Assembly (NCBI GenBank): GCA_016706865.1
Contig: JADJIS010000002.1
Location: 484,419-548,418 of the forward strand
DNA: 64,000 nt
Direction: 5' to 3'
Source: Bacteroidota bacterium
GTDB lineage: Bacteria; Bacteroidota; Bacteroidia; Chitinophagales; BACL12
Of the stretch, positions 1 through 9,050 are shown piece by piece. The stretch's first letter is position 1. Each line of letters opens with the position of its first letter. The notes beneath the pieces are model-generated. The model worked only from the letters and a program-made list of their open reading frames with translations. It was not told where the DNA came from and did not search any database. The translations under genes were made by a program, and so were the position numbers.

Positions 1-1
1 A

Positions 2-718
2 TCAGAAGATGGAACTCGATTAAATAAATATCTCGCTAATTCAGGTGTTGCGGCGCGCAGAAAATGTGATGAAATAATTGAAAAAGGAGAAGTTACCGTT
101 AATGGAAAAGTAGTGCGCGAAATGGGTTACAAAGTAAAACCCGGCGACTCCGTAAAATATAAAAATAAACCCATTAAACCTGTTAATTACGTTTATATTT
201 TGTTGAATAAACCGAAAGATTATTTAACAACGGTAGATGATGATAAGGGTAGAAATACAGTAATGGAATTAATTTCCAATGCGACTACAGAACGTGTATT
301 TCCTGTTGGAAGATTAGATAGAAATACCACAGGATTATTATTGTTGACCAACGATGGCGACCTCGCACAAAAATTAGCTCATCCTAGTTTTGGAGCTAAA
401 AAGATCTACGAAGTTGAAGTGGATAAACCGGTAACACAAGCTGATATGCAAAAAATTTCTGATGGTGTTATGCTGGAAGATGGATTGGCCATTGTTGACG
501 GAATAGATTACGCACATCATACCCAAAGAAATATTTTAGGTATTTCGTTGCACATCGGAAAAAACAGAATTGTCCGCCGCATATTTGAATCACTTGGTTA
601 TAAAGTTGAGCGTCTCGACAGAACTTTATATGCCGGATTAACAAAACGCGATCTTCCCAGAGGAAGATGGAGATATTTGACGGAACGTGAGATTATTAAG
701 TTGAAGTACCTTAAATAG
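2..718 (+). CDS. pseudouridine synthase, RsuA/RluB family (5' end outside window)
   Basis: Frame 2 is open from the window edge (SEDGTRLNKYLANSGVAARRKCDEIIEKGEVTVNGKVV, an S4 RNA-binding domain). The GTG at 113 in the ORF track is therefore internal. The catalytic motif GRLDRNTTGLLLLTNDG is present. Stop TAG at 716-718. Confidence 0.9.
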   Translation, partial: SEDGTRLNKYLANSGVAARRKCDEIIEKGEVTVNGKVVREMGYKVKPGDSVKYKNKPIKPVNYVYILLNKPKDYLTTVDDDKGRNTVMELISNATTERVFPVGRLDRNTTGLLLLTNDGDLAQKLAHPSFGAKKIYEVEVDKPVTQADMQKISDGVMLEDGLAIVDGIDYAHHTQRNILGISLHIGKNRIVRRIFESLGYKVERLDRTLYAGLTKRDLPRGRWRYLTEREIIKLKYLK

Positions 719-783
719 GATTTAGGACATAGGACATAGGAAGTAGGACTGACATAGGACATGGGAAAATGGACATAGGAAAA
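716..783. repeat. heptanucleotide tandem tract (TAGGACA-type, about 9 units with one 4-nt interruption)
   Basis: Reads taggatt taggaca taggaca taggaag taggact (gaca) taggaca tgggaaa atggaca taggaaa. The first unit begins with the TAG stop codon of the upstream gene. Confidence 0.9.
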
Positions 784-790
784 CAAAATT

Positions 791-1470
791 GTATCAGGAA
801 TCAAGTATCAGGAAAACAAACAGTGGGATTTGGTAAAATTTCGCAAGAAATTTAAACTCCTTTCTCCTCTCTCCTTTCTCCTTTTTAGTATCGGGTATCA
901 GGAATCAAGTATCAGGAAAACAAACAGTGGGATTTGGTAAAATTTCGCAAGAAATTTAAACTCCTTTCTCCTCTCTCCTTTCTCCTTTTTAGTATCGAGT
1001 ATCAGGAATCAAGTATCAGGAAAACAAACGGTGAGATTTGCAAAAATTTCGCAAGAAAAATCCTTTTTCGAATTAAGAAATAGGACCTAGGAAGTAGGAA
1101 AACAAACGGTGGGATTTGGTAAAATTTCGCAAGAAATTTAAACTCCTTTCTCCTCTCTCCTTTCTCCTTTTTAGTATCAGGTATCAGGAATCAAGTATCA
1201 GGAAAACAAACGATGGGATTTGAAAAAATTTCGCAAGAAAAATCCTTTTTCGAATTAAGAAATAGGACCTAGGAAGTAGGAAAACAAACGGTGGGATTTG
1301 GTAAAATTTCGCCAGAAATTTAAACTCCTTTCTCCTCTCTCCTTTCTCCTTTTTAGTATCAGGTATCAAGAATCAAGTATCAAGAAAACAAACGGTAGAA
1401 TCTGGTAAAATTTCGCAAGAAATTTAAACTCCTCTCTCCTCTCTCCCTCCCTCCTTTTCTTTTATAATAT
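791..1470. repeat. composite tandem array: 7 copies of a hairpin core in alternating 104-bp and 78-bp units
   Basis: The core ggaaaacaaacNgtgggatttggtaaaatttcgcaagaaa starts at about 811, 915, 1019, 1097, 1201, 1279 and 1383, giving spacings of 104, 104, 78, 104, 78 and 104. Each core holds the hairpin AAATTTC-GCAA-GAAATTT. Long units are flanked by the heptamer blocks (GTATCAG/GAATCAA)n and (CTCCTTT/CTCCTCT)n. Confidence 0.9.
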
Positions 1471-1615
1471 GATTCTGTAGAAATTATTCAACAAGAATAA
1501 GAATATAATGTAAAAAATTTCTTTTTATTCTACAATATTAATCATCCTGTTCCCTTGCATAAAGCATATTTTCTAATGGCATGATTTTGTTCTAAAAAAG
1601 TATAAAAACTTATAT

Positions 1616-2146
1616 ATGGAACATAATTTTCATGATGAAGAAAATAACATCAAAAATCTTAGTGGTCAGGAAGCAATTGATTTATTAAAAAAGATTGCAG
1701 AAGGTGCGCGTATTTGTATGTTCACTACCTTTTCCGAAAATCGTCCCCTGCCAAGCAGACCTATGGCACTTCAGGCAGTGGATAATGATGGAACCTTGCA
1801 TTTTTTTAGCGCTGTAAATTCTGATAAGAATGCGCAGATAGTTGCAGATCCTTATGTTCAATTATTTTTCGAAAATTCCAGTGCAAGCGAATATCTGAGC
1901 ATTTATGGCCAGGCAACAATTTCGCACGACAGAGAAAAGATCAAGGAATTATGGACATCCTGGGCAAAAGCATGGTTTCAGGAAGGCCCGGAAGATCCAA
2001 TGCTTACCTTAATTAGCGTCCGACCTGATACAAGCAGTTATTGGGATACCAAACACAATAAAATGGTTTCACTTTTCAAGATAGTTGCATCTATGGTGAG
2101 TGGTAAGGTTATGGATGATGGGGTAGAGGGGAAACTGAATATATGA
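1616..2146 (+). CDS. general stress protein 26 / pyridoxamine 5'-phosphate oxidase-like FMN-binding protein
   Basis: 176 aa. Split-barrel family pattern (ARICMFTT...RPMALQAVDNDGTLHFF...ATISHDREKIKELW) matches the size and layout of GSP26-type proteins. Confidence 0.8.
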   Translation: MEHNFHDEENNIKNLSGQEAIDLLKKIAEGARICMFTTFSENRPLPSRPMALQAVDNDGTLHFFSAVNSDKNAQIVADPYVQLFFENSSASEYLSIYGQATISHDREKIKELWTSWAKAWFQEGPEDPMLTLISVRPDTSSYWDTKHNKMVSLFKIVASMVSGKVMDDGVEGKLNI

Positions 2147-2149
2147 CTG

Positions 2150-2241
2150 GGAAATAGGAAGTAGGACATAGGACACAGGACATAGGACTTGATATAGGAC
2201 AATGTAAAATGATATAGGACGATGTAAAATGATTTATGACG
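2150..2241. repeat. heptanucleotide tract (TAGGACA-type) followed by a 20-bp direct repeat
   Basis: Starts 4 nt after the TGA at 2144-2146 and reads taggaag taggaca taggaca caggaca taggact. It is followed by ataggacaatgtaaaatgat and ataggacgatgtaaaatgat (2194-2233). Confidence 0.85.
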
Positions 2242-2512
2242 GATGTTGTTTGCAATCTTGTGGCTCGGCAGAATTAACAAAAGAATTGAAGTGGATTCTA
2301 AGGATAATTCATGCTGTGGTGTCTCCACAGAGTTACGCGCAGCGAACTCTGTGGATGGGTAGGATAAAAATTAATGTTTATTCAAACTTTGAATTATTGT
2401 GGATTCAGATATTTCATGAAAGTATTTTAGTAAACAATTTTTTGAAATGTTACTGCGTTTTATTTTGTGTAATTAACATATCGTTAAAAGCCCTGAATAT
2501 TAACCCTTCAAC

Positions 2513-3139
2513 ATGAAATTCCTGTTTACAGTATTCTGCTTATTGATGTCTGTAATGCTCATCGACTGCAGAAACCCAACTATAAGTCCTGAAGAAACAA
2601 AACCTGCTGTTAATGTTGATTCCACACGTATAAAGGCAGCTGAAGCACTTGAATATTGTAAATCGAAAAAATTTAATACTGATTTTTGTATTTTGATTGA
2701 TATGAGTTTGCATTCCGGTGTTAAACGCTTTTTTGTTTGGGATTTTACAAAGGATACCATCAGTTACAGTTTTTTGGTGGGTCACGGATGTTGCAACAAT
2801 GCCTGGAGCAGCGATCAATCAAAAGAAGACCCAACCTTCAGTAATGTGGATGGAAGTCATTGCTCCTCCCTTGGAAAATACAAGATAGGGGAAAGAGCTT
2901 ATACTTATTGGGGAGTAAAAACAAAATATGTATTACATGGATTGGAAAGTACCAATAGTAATGCACTTTCCAGATATATCGTCTTCCATTCCTGGGAGGC
3001 AATTTCAGATGTGGAAGTGTATCCAAATGGCACACCTGAAGGCTGGGGCTGTCCTGTGATCTCCAACAACAGTTTCACTACTCTTGACCCAATATTAATG
3101 GCGGTAAAAAAACCTGTGCTTATGTGGATATATAATTAG
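2513..3139 (+). CDS. L,D-transpeptidase catalytic-domain family protein (YkuD_2-like), secreted
   Basis: N-terminal signal/lipoprotein-like peptide (MKFLFTVFCLLMSVMLIDC). The pattern FVWDF...SFLVGHGCC...GSHCSSLGKYKIGE...LHGLESTNSNA...IVFH is typical of this family. Confidence 0.7.
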   Translation: MKFLFTVFCLLMSVMLIDCRNPTISPEETKPAVNVDSTRIKAAEALEYCKSKKFNTDFCILIDMSLHSGVKRFFVWDFTKDTISYSFLVGHGCCNNAWSSDQSKEDPTFSNVDGSHCSSLGKYKIGERAYTYWGVKTKYVLHGLESTNSNALSRYIVFHSWEAISDVEVYPNGTPEGWGCPVISNNSFTTLDPILMAVKKPVLMWIYN

Positions 3140-3142
3140 ATA

Positions 3143-3204
3143 TAGGACACGGGACACGGGACACGAGACACGAGACACGGGACACGAGACACGAGACAAA
3201 AGAC
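3143..3204. repeat. heptanucleotide tandem tract (CGGGACA/CGAGACA, 8 units plus a partial one)
   Basis: Begins 4 nt after the TAG at 3137-3139 and reads taggaca cgggaca cgggaca cgagaca cgagaca cgggaca cgagaca cgagaca aaagac, in perfect 7-nt register. Confidence 0.9.
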
Positions 3205-3317
3205 TTACTTTGATTGTAAATTTATGCTTCTAATTCAAATTATATTTGATTTAATTTAATAGGAGACTTGTATTATTTTATTCTTTAATTTTGAGATCAT
3301 GAATTCAAAATGAAATT

Positions 3318-3998
3318 ATGGAAAATTTGCCAATTTATATTTCAATTTTATTTGGTCTCATCACACTTTTGACGGTGGGATTATTTTATAAGGCAACAAA
3401 CAGATCAATACTTTCTCTAGTAATTTTATTGACTTGGTTGGTTATTCAGGCAGTTATTGCTCTGACAAATTTTTATACTGTTACAGATACAATCCCACCA
3501 CGATTTTTGTTATTGGTAATGCCACCAATACTATTTATCATTCTGCTATTTGCTACCAATAAAGGTCGAATATTTATTGATAGTTTGGATATAAAAGCAT
3601 TAACATTATTGCATATCGTACGAGTACCGGTTGAAATTGTTTTATTCAGGTTATTTATATATATAATGATTCCTGAACTTATGACTTTTGAAGGAAGAAA
3701 TTTTGATGTCATATCAGGAATTAGCGCACCTCTCATTTATTATTTTGGATTTGTGCAAAAACAATTAAGTAATAAAATAATAATAATTTGGAATGTTTTA
3801 TGTTTGATGCTCCTTTTTAATATTGTTATAAATGCAGTATTTTCCGCACCATTTCCTTTTCAAAAGTTTGCATTCGACCAGCCCAATATCGCAATTTTAT
3901 ATTTCCCTTTTAACTGGTTGCCATCTTGTGTTGTGCCCATTGTTTTATTCTCCCATATTGTAGTAATTCGACAATTATTAAAAGTGAAAACTCTTTGA
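3318..3998 (+). CDS. integral membrane protein, unknown function
   Basis: 226 aa with about 6 hydrophobic segments. No family recognised. Confidence 0.6.
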   Translation: MENLPIYISILFGLITLLTVGLFYKATNRSILSLVILLTWLVIQAVIALTNFYTVTDTIPPRFLLLVMPPILFIILLFATNKGRIFIDSLDIKALTLLHIVRVPVEIVLFRLFIYIMIPELMTFEGRNFDVISGISAPLIYYFGFVQKQLSNKIIIIWNVLCLMLLFNIVINAVFSAPFPFQKFAFDQPNIAILYFPFNWLPSCVVPIVLFSHIVVIRQLLKVKTL

Positions 3999-4065
3999 TC
4001 TATAGCAGATATTTCGGTTCTAAAATCATCATTAATTAAAAACGCAAAAAAATCTAAAATAAAAT

Positions 4066-4464
4066 ATGCGAACTTTTACTCTGCGGTTAATGCCGAACGA
4101 CGATCTTAAACTGGGTTTGCAGAAATTTATTGTAGAGAAAAATATTGCAGCCGCTGCCGTAATTACTTGTGTGGGAAGTTTAAAGCAAGTTGCACTGCGA
4201 ATGGCAAATGAAAAAAATGCTACTACATATACCGAAAAATTCGAAATTGTTTCACTGGTTGGAACACTCTCTATTAATGGTTCTCACTTGCATATGGCAA
4301 TTTCCGATCGCAATGGATTGGTGAGGGGAGGACATCTATTAAACGGTTGTTTAATTTTTACCACAGCAGAAATTGTTATAGCAGTTTTTGATGATGTAAC
4401 TTATTTGCGGGAGTTTGACGATGTTACAGGATTTAAGGAATTGGTTGTGAAACCTTTAGATTAA
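4066..4464 (+). CDS. PPC (DUF296) domain protein
   Basis: 132 aa. The pattern RLMPNDDL...AAAVITCVGSL...FEIVSLVGTLS..GSHLHMAISD..G.V.GGHLL...IFTTAEI is typical of PPC/DUF296. Confidence 0.75.
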   Translation: MRTFTLRLMPNDDLKLGLQKFIVEKNIAAAAVITCVGSLKQVALRMANEKNATTYTEKFEIVSLVGTLSINGSHLHMAISDRNGLVRGGHLLNGCLIFTTAEIVIAVFDDVTYLREFDDVTGFKELVVKPLD

Positions 4465-4516
4465 TTTTTGATTGTATTTATGACTATCTCAAATTTTTCA
4501 ATTATTTTCGTAATTC

Positions 4517-5449
4517 ATGACAAGAAATGCTAAATTGATCCTCGAAACTATTGCAGTTTTTCTTTTTAATAGTTGTCTGGCAATATTTATCAGTACTTTA
4601 TCGGTAGCTGCAGGGATCAAAATGACCATATACATTCCTGTGTTATTATTTCAAGGTCTTTGGTTTTATCGGTTTTATATAGTAGGTCATGAAGCTGCAC
4701 ACAAAAAATTATTTCCTTCCAATGCTAAAATAAATGATTTTTGGGGATCTGTTATTTTGATTCCCCTGATGGTGCCCATCACTATTTACAGAAAAATTCA
4801 TTATTTTCACCATGGTTTTAATAGAAAAAATGATCATACTTCTGCATTGGATACCTATGTGATACAAGGCAAACCAACCATGTTAAAAAAACTATATGTT
4901 TATATTCTCTGGTATCTGAGTGTGTTTTTGGGTGGATTTTTTTTACATTCCCTTATTTCGGTAATTTTATTTTTATTCATACCCCCAAAAATTTCGGTTA
5001 AAATTTCCCCCGCATTTAACAACTGGACGCCAAAGGATCAGTTGCGATCAATTGTACTATTTTTATTGGGAGTAGGTTTTCACCTTGCCGTTTTGTTTTT
5101 GTTCGGCAGAACAATTTATTTATATGTTTTAGGATATCCCATGCTTGCTTTTGCCTGGGTATTGTCGCTATTAGTGTATATTTTTCATTATGATACCACC
5201 AAAGGAGATGAAGTAAGATTTAACGTGCGATCTGTAAAACGTATTCCGGTATTTTCCTGGATACTTATGAATTTTAATGAACACGCGACACATCACCAAT
5301 ATCCGAATATCCCCTGGTATGAATTACCCATTAAAAGTAAACCGCTACCGGAAACCTTCGAAACAAAAAATCAAAACACACGAAATTTTTTTAAAGCAAT
5401 TCTCAACCAATTCAAAGGCCCTGTAATAGTATATGAAAAGCAGGATTAG
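4517..5449 (+). CDS. membrane fatty-acid desaturase family protein
   Basis: Three histidine boxes (HEAAH, HYFHH, HATHH) lie between hydrophobic segments. Confidence 0.85.
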   Translation: MTRNAKLILETIAVFLFNSCLAIFISTLSVAAGIKMTIYIPVLLFQGLWFYRFYIVGHEAAHKKLFPSNAKINDFWGSVILIPLMVPITIYRKIHYFHHGFNRKNDHTSALDTYVIQGKPTMLKKLYVYILWYLSVFLGGFFLHSLISVILFLFIPPKISVKISPAFNNWTPKDQLRSIVLFLLGVGFHLAVLFLFGRTIYLYVLGYPMLAFAWVLSLLVYIFHYDTTKGDEVRFNVRSVKRIPVFSWILMNFNEHATHHQYPNIPWYELPIKSKPLPETFETKNQNTRNFFKAILNQFKGPVIVYEKQD

Positions 5450-6068
5450 AATTGCCGAATTACAAGATGCTGCTGCCTTTGTTGCGATCAAAGATCAACT
5501 TCCTATTCAGAGGACAGATGGATCTACCACAACTGGAGGTTTTCTGCTTGGAACCGATTTAAATACCTACGAATATTATATTGAAAACGCATTTTGCCTC
5601 GTTGCAGAGGTGAATAATGTAATTGTAGGTTTCGGAATAATTTTCCCTGATGAAATGCTTCGAAGTTCTGATGTGTGGTTGCGCAGAAATCAAGCGAACT
5701 GGTTTATTGATCTGGCGTTTTGGGAGGATAAAAAACTTTGTTATTTCGAACAACTTGCTTTTTTGCCCGGTCATAAAAAACAAGTGATTCTGCTTGCTTA
5801 CAACTTAGTTAAATGGGTTTTTGATCTCGGTTATGAAACATTGTTTACAACAACAGTGAAGGAACCGGTTTTAAACCTTGCAGCAATACCATTTATAAAT
5901 GCTGTTGATGGGATCAAAGCAGGAAGTATACAGGAAGTTTATCCGAAAATAGGTCTTATAAATTCTGATATTTACTTAATCGACTCTAAAGCTTTTGACC
6001 GAAAAACCAAGATTCATAATTTATATCCTTTCTTCCAGAATAATTTAACATTATTGATCGAACAGTGA
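5433..6068 (+). CDS. hypothetical protein, possibly acyl-CoA N-acyltransferase-like
   Basis: 211 aa. It overlaps the desaturase stop by 17 nt. The opening IRIAELQDAAAFVAI resembles GNAT N-termini, but no clear Q/RxxGxG/A motif was seen. Confidence 0.4.
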   Translation: MKSRIRIAELQDAAAFVAIKDQLPIQRTDGSTTTGGFLLGTDLNTYEYYIENAFCLVAEVNNVIVGFGIIFPDEMLRSSDVWLRRNQANWFIDLAFWEDKKLCYFEQLAFLPGHKKQVILLAYNLVKWVFDLGYETLFTTTVKEPVLNLAAIPFINAVDGIKAGSIQEVYPKIGLINSDIYLIDSKAFDRKTKIHNLYPFFQNNLTLLIEQ

Positions 6069-6135
6069 TTCAAAAAATTCAAAAGACTTTGCTTAAGATA
6101 AATATTTTCTAATTTTGATTACCAAATATTTTGAA

Positions 6136-6849
6136 ATGAAGATCCTTATTCTTGTATGGTTATTATTTAGCTCAAATTATATTTTTGCACAACAGTTTTA
6201 TTCTGAACTTTCATTAAAGAATTCAGACATCGAAATTGCAAATATTCCATTAAAACACAATGACGATTCCGTTTCAAAATTTGTAGTTGACGATTATCCT
6301 GTTACCGATTCTATGTTTAAATTAAGCAATGATGTATTGATTGCTGCTGGTTTACGTAATATAGATAGAGTTTGGTATTCGAATGATTCACTTAATGAGA
6401 CTTTAATTTTTGAAATTTATACCGATTATTTCAGGATGAATACCTTTCATTTTTATAATAATGATATACCATCTGGTTTATTGAAAAGGTTAGTGTTATA
6501 TGATGAATCCGGAAATTATGCTACCGAAGAAAATAAAGCTAATGGAATTTTGAGTTTGCAAAAACTAGCAACTCTTATCTCACCAAAATATTTTATTACA
6601 AATAAAGGGTTTGTATTGGGAGATACTAAAGAAAAGGCAATTGATATTTATGGAAAACCCGATACCATATCGATTCTTGATGGTGTAGAAAAACTCCAAT
6701 GGAAATTTATCGGAGATATTTACTACTATGATCATAAGAGGGACTTAAAAGGAAAGCCTTTTGCAGAACATAGTTTTGGGCATACAATTACTATGTTTTT
6801 CAGAGACGACAAATTGATCGGGTTGATTTTGGAAAATGAAATCCCATAA
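6136..6849 (+). CDS. secreted hypothetical protein
   Basis: I prefer the ATG at 6136 (MKILILVWLLFSSNYIFAQQ signal peptide) to the TTG at 6115. Confidence 0.6.
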   Translation: MKILILVWLLFSSNYIFAQQFYSELSLKNSDIEIANIPLKHNDDSVSKFVVDDYPVTDSMFKLSNDVLIAAGLRNIDRVWYSNDSLNETLIFEIYTDYFRMNTFHFYNNDIPSGLLKRLVLYDESGNYATEENKANGILSLQKLATLISPKYFITNKGFVLGDTKEKAIDIYGKPDTISILDGVEKLQWKFIGDIYYYDHKRDLKGKPFAEHSFGHTITMFFRDDKLIGLILENEIP

Positions 6850-6852
6850 ATT

Positions 6853-7920
6853 TTATAATTTGCTCACTCCCAAACCCGGTAAATCATTTGGAAACATTAA
6901 TCCATCCTTGAGAATGAATCCTCCCATAAACGTTTTTTCCATAACATCTAAACTACCATCAAGATCAAGGTATTTGGTATTGATACACGAATAAGCTGCA
7001 TGAAGTGCAGCAGTTATACTTATCAAACTTTCGTCATTACAGCCCCAAAATAATTTGCAATCGGATTCATATGCAATCCATTGAATTTTATTTGCAGCTT
7101 GTATACCACCGCATTTCATTAATTTAATATTATAAACGCCGTATGGGCTACCTATTTTTTTAAGATAAATTGCAGAATCTTCATCTATCAACGATTCATC
7201 TGCAACAAGTATTTTTCTAAATTTGTAGGGAATAGCTAATAATTCCTTTTCCATTCCGGTTGGCAAAGGTTGTTCAATTAATTCAATTTTTAATTTTTCT
7301 GCTGCATCCAGAAATTGAAATAATTCTTTAATGTTATAACCTTGATTAGCATCAACTCGAATGCGCATGGAATGTCCAAAAAAATTTGATAATTTCGACA
7401 CACATTCAATATCCTGTTCTATATTTCGACCAGTTTTAATTTTTAAAGCTCTGAAACCCATTCCAAAGTATTCTTTAGCCTCCTCCAGCATTTCTGAGGC
7501 ATCTTTAATTCCAATTGTGATAGAAGTGGGAAGTGGGCCTGTAGTTCGTTTATATATGTCAAGCACGGAAATTCCTGTAAATTTTCCAAACGCATCATGT
7601 AAAGCAATATCAATTGCAGCCTGTGTTCCAGGAAAACCTTTAAAATGAGAAATCACTTCCTCGATAATGATACTAAAATCATTAATGTCTCTTCCAATGA
7701 GTTGCTGAACAAAATCACTTTGTAAATGCAATAATGTCGATAACGGAGTTTCGCCAACAACCTCCACAAATGGATTTGCTGCACCTAATCCAATTATCCC
7801 ATTTTCCAATTCAATTTCCAAATAAACAATTTCCGTGTCGCTAAAGGTCTGATACGAAATTGTATAGGGTTTTGTCAAAGGAATTTTTTCCAGATTGGTC
7901 CTTATTGCTTTGATCTTCAT
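6853..7920 (-). CDS. dipeptide epimerase / N-acyl amino-acid racemase (enolase superfamily)
   Basis: 355 aa with MR/MLE-type layout: capping domain, then KIKTG, RVDANQGY, IEQPL and ADES metal/catalytic motifs. The start overlaps the upstream gene by 4 nt. Confidence 0.85.
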   Translation of the reverse strand: MKIKAIRTNLEKIPLTKPYTISYQTFSDTEIVYLEIELENGIIGLGAANPFVEVVGETPLSTLLHLQSDFVQQLIGRDINDFSIIIEEVISHFKGFPGTQAAIDIALHDAFGKFTGISVLDIYKRTTGPLPTSITIGIKDASEMLEEAKEYFGMGFRALKIKTGRNIEQDIECVSKLSNFFGHSMRIRVDANQGYNIKELFQFLDAAEKLKIELIEQPLPTGMEKELLAIPYKFRKILVADESLIDEDSAIYLKKIGSPYGVYNIKLMKCGGIQAANKIQWIAYESDCKLFWGCNDESLISITAALHAAYSCINTKYLDLDGSLDVMEKTFMGGFILKDGLMFPNDLPGLGVSKL

Positions 7921-8987
7921 GGATTGTTTTTAATTAGATCTTTTATCAAAGGAATAATTTTTTCAACCCCTTGTAATATGGGCAATAGCACAGGAATTTT
8001 TAATTCGTTTTCATATTGTCTTTGATAAGATATTGCTTCTTCTTCACTGCATAATTCTGTATTTAATGCAAGTGCGATCACCTTGGAGCCATACATATTT
8101 ATCAATGCAATTTCTGAGGATACATCAGGAATTTCTCCCCATGCAATATCATGTTCGTAATATTTTCTTTTTGGAGCATGTACTAATATTACGTTTTTCG
8201 CATTTCCCGATATTAATAATTCTGAACCGCAAGGTCCACTGGGATTCCGTAATGCGGATTGACCTTCTACTAATATTATTTCAGCCTTTGTTTCTTTCCA
8301 GCAGGAAACTATCGCATGTTCCAATTCGCCGGAAATAAAATCATTTAAGGTGGAATCAAAAATAAAACCGTATTTACCCCCCTGTAACCAACCTGTTTGA
8401 CCGGTATAGATCATTTGTGCATTAATATTATCCGCCTCACAGGCCTGACGAATAAGTCTGCATGTTGTGCGTTTACCCATGGCACAATCTGTTCCTATCA
8501 CCGCAATTATAGGTGCATCAACAGAATAAATTTCTCCGGTCCAAAAATGAAGGTCTTTTTTATTTTTTGGTTTTCGAACATCTATCAATTCCACCTGATA
8601 TTGTCTTGCCAATAAAACCAATTCAGGTATATCAGAAAGATATTCATGAAGGCCGTTTACAATATTCATTTTCTTGCTTATACAATCCTCCATAATTGGG
8701 TTAAAACTTTTTGGCAAAATTCCTCCAACCGTGGCTATACCGATTATGCAATAACGGATATCCGGTATCGACTCAAATGCAGTTTTTACTTCACTAAATA
8801 TTGGTATATTTCTTTTTTTGCCATCCAGCACCTCGCCTGCATCTTTTCCGGCATGAACGGCGTCAATTATTCCAACAATATCAAATCGTTCGCTGCCGCG
8901 AATTAAACCATGTGCAGTTTTCGCATCCGATTCGTGCAACATGCCGGCAGTTAATACTATGGCTTTGGGTTTGTTAATATTATTCAA
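7917..8987 (-). CDS. DUF1611 family protein (DgcN-like putative D-Glu N-acetyltransferase)
   Basis: 356 aa. The N-terminal pattern KAIVLTAG...AKTAHGLIRGSERF.IVGIID and the central GTDCAMGKRTT P-loop-like segment are typical of DUF1611. This family is usually paired with an enolase-type epimerase, as it is here. Confidence 0.7.
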   Translation of the reverse strand: MNNINKPKAIVLTAGMLHESDAKTAHGLIRGSERFDIVGIIDAVHAGKDAGEVLDGKKRNIPIFSEVKTAFESIPDIRYCIIGIATVGGILPKSFNPIMEDCISKKMNIVNGLHEYLSDIPELVLLARQYQVELIDVRKPKNKKDLHFWTGEIYSVDAPIIAVIGTDCAMGKRTTCRLIRQACEADNINAQMIYTGQTGWLQGGKYGFIFDSTLNDFISGELEHAIVSCWKETKAEIILVEGQSALRNPSGPCGSELLISGNAKNVILVHAPKRKYYEHDIAWGEIPDVSSEIALINMYGSKVIALALNTELCSEEEAISYQRQYENELKIPVLLPILQGVEKIIPLIKDLIKNNP

Positions 8988-9050
8988 AATATTATTTTAA
9001 TGATATTTAAATATAAATTAAGACATTATCGAGTTACAAGATATTAAATT

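Noticed and set aside
598-1369. Minus-strand ORFs 598-804 and 1184-1369 inside the repeat region.
   Set aside because: They run through heptamer tracts and the tandem array and have low-complexity translations. The first also overlaps the pseudouridine synthase gene in antisense.
791-1470. A possible CRISPR array.
   Set aside because: The segments between cores are themselves repeated (two alternating unit types) rather than unique spacers. The repeat length and spacing do not fit CRISPR, and no cas genes are nearby.
2229-2516. A 95-aa + strand ORF between the GSP26-like and L,D-transpeptidase-like genes.
   Set aside because: It begins inside the heptamer/20-bp repeat tract and is Cys- and Ile-rich with no motif. 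It spans hairpin elements, so non-coding leader sequence is more likely.
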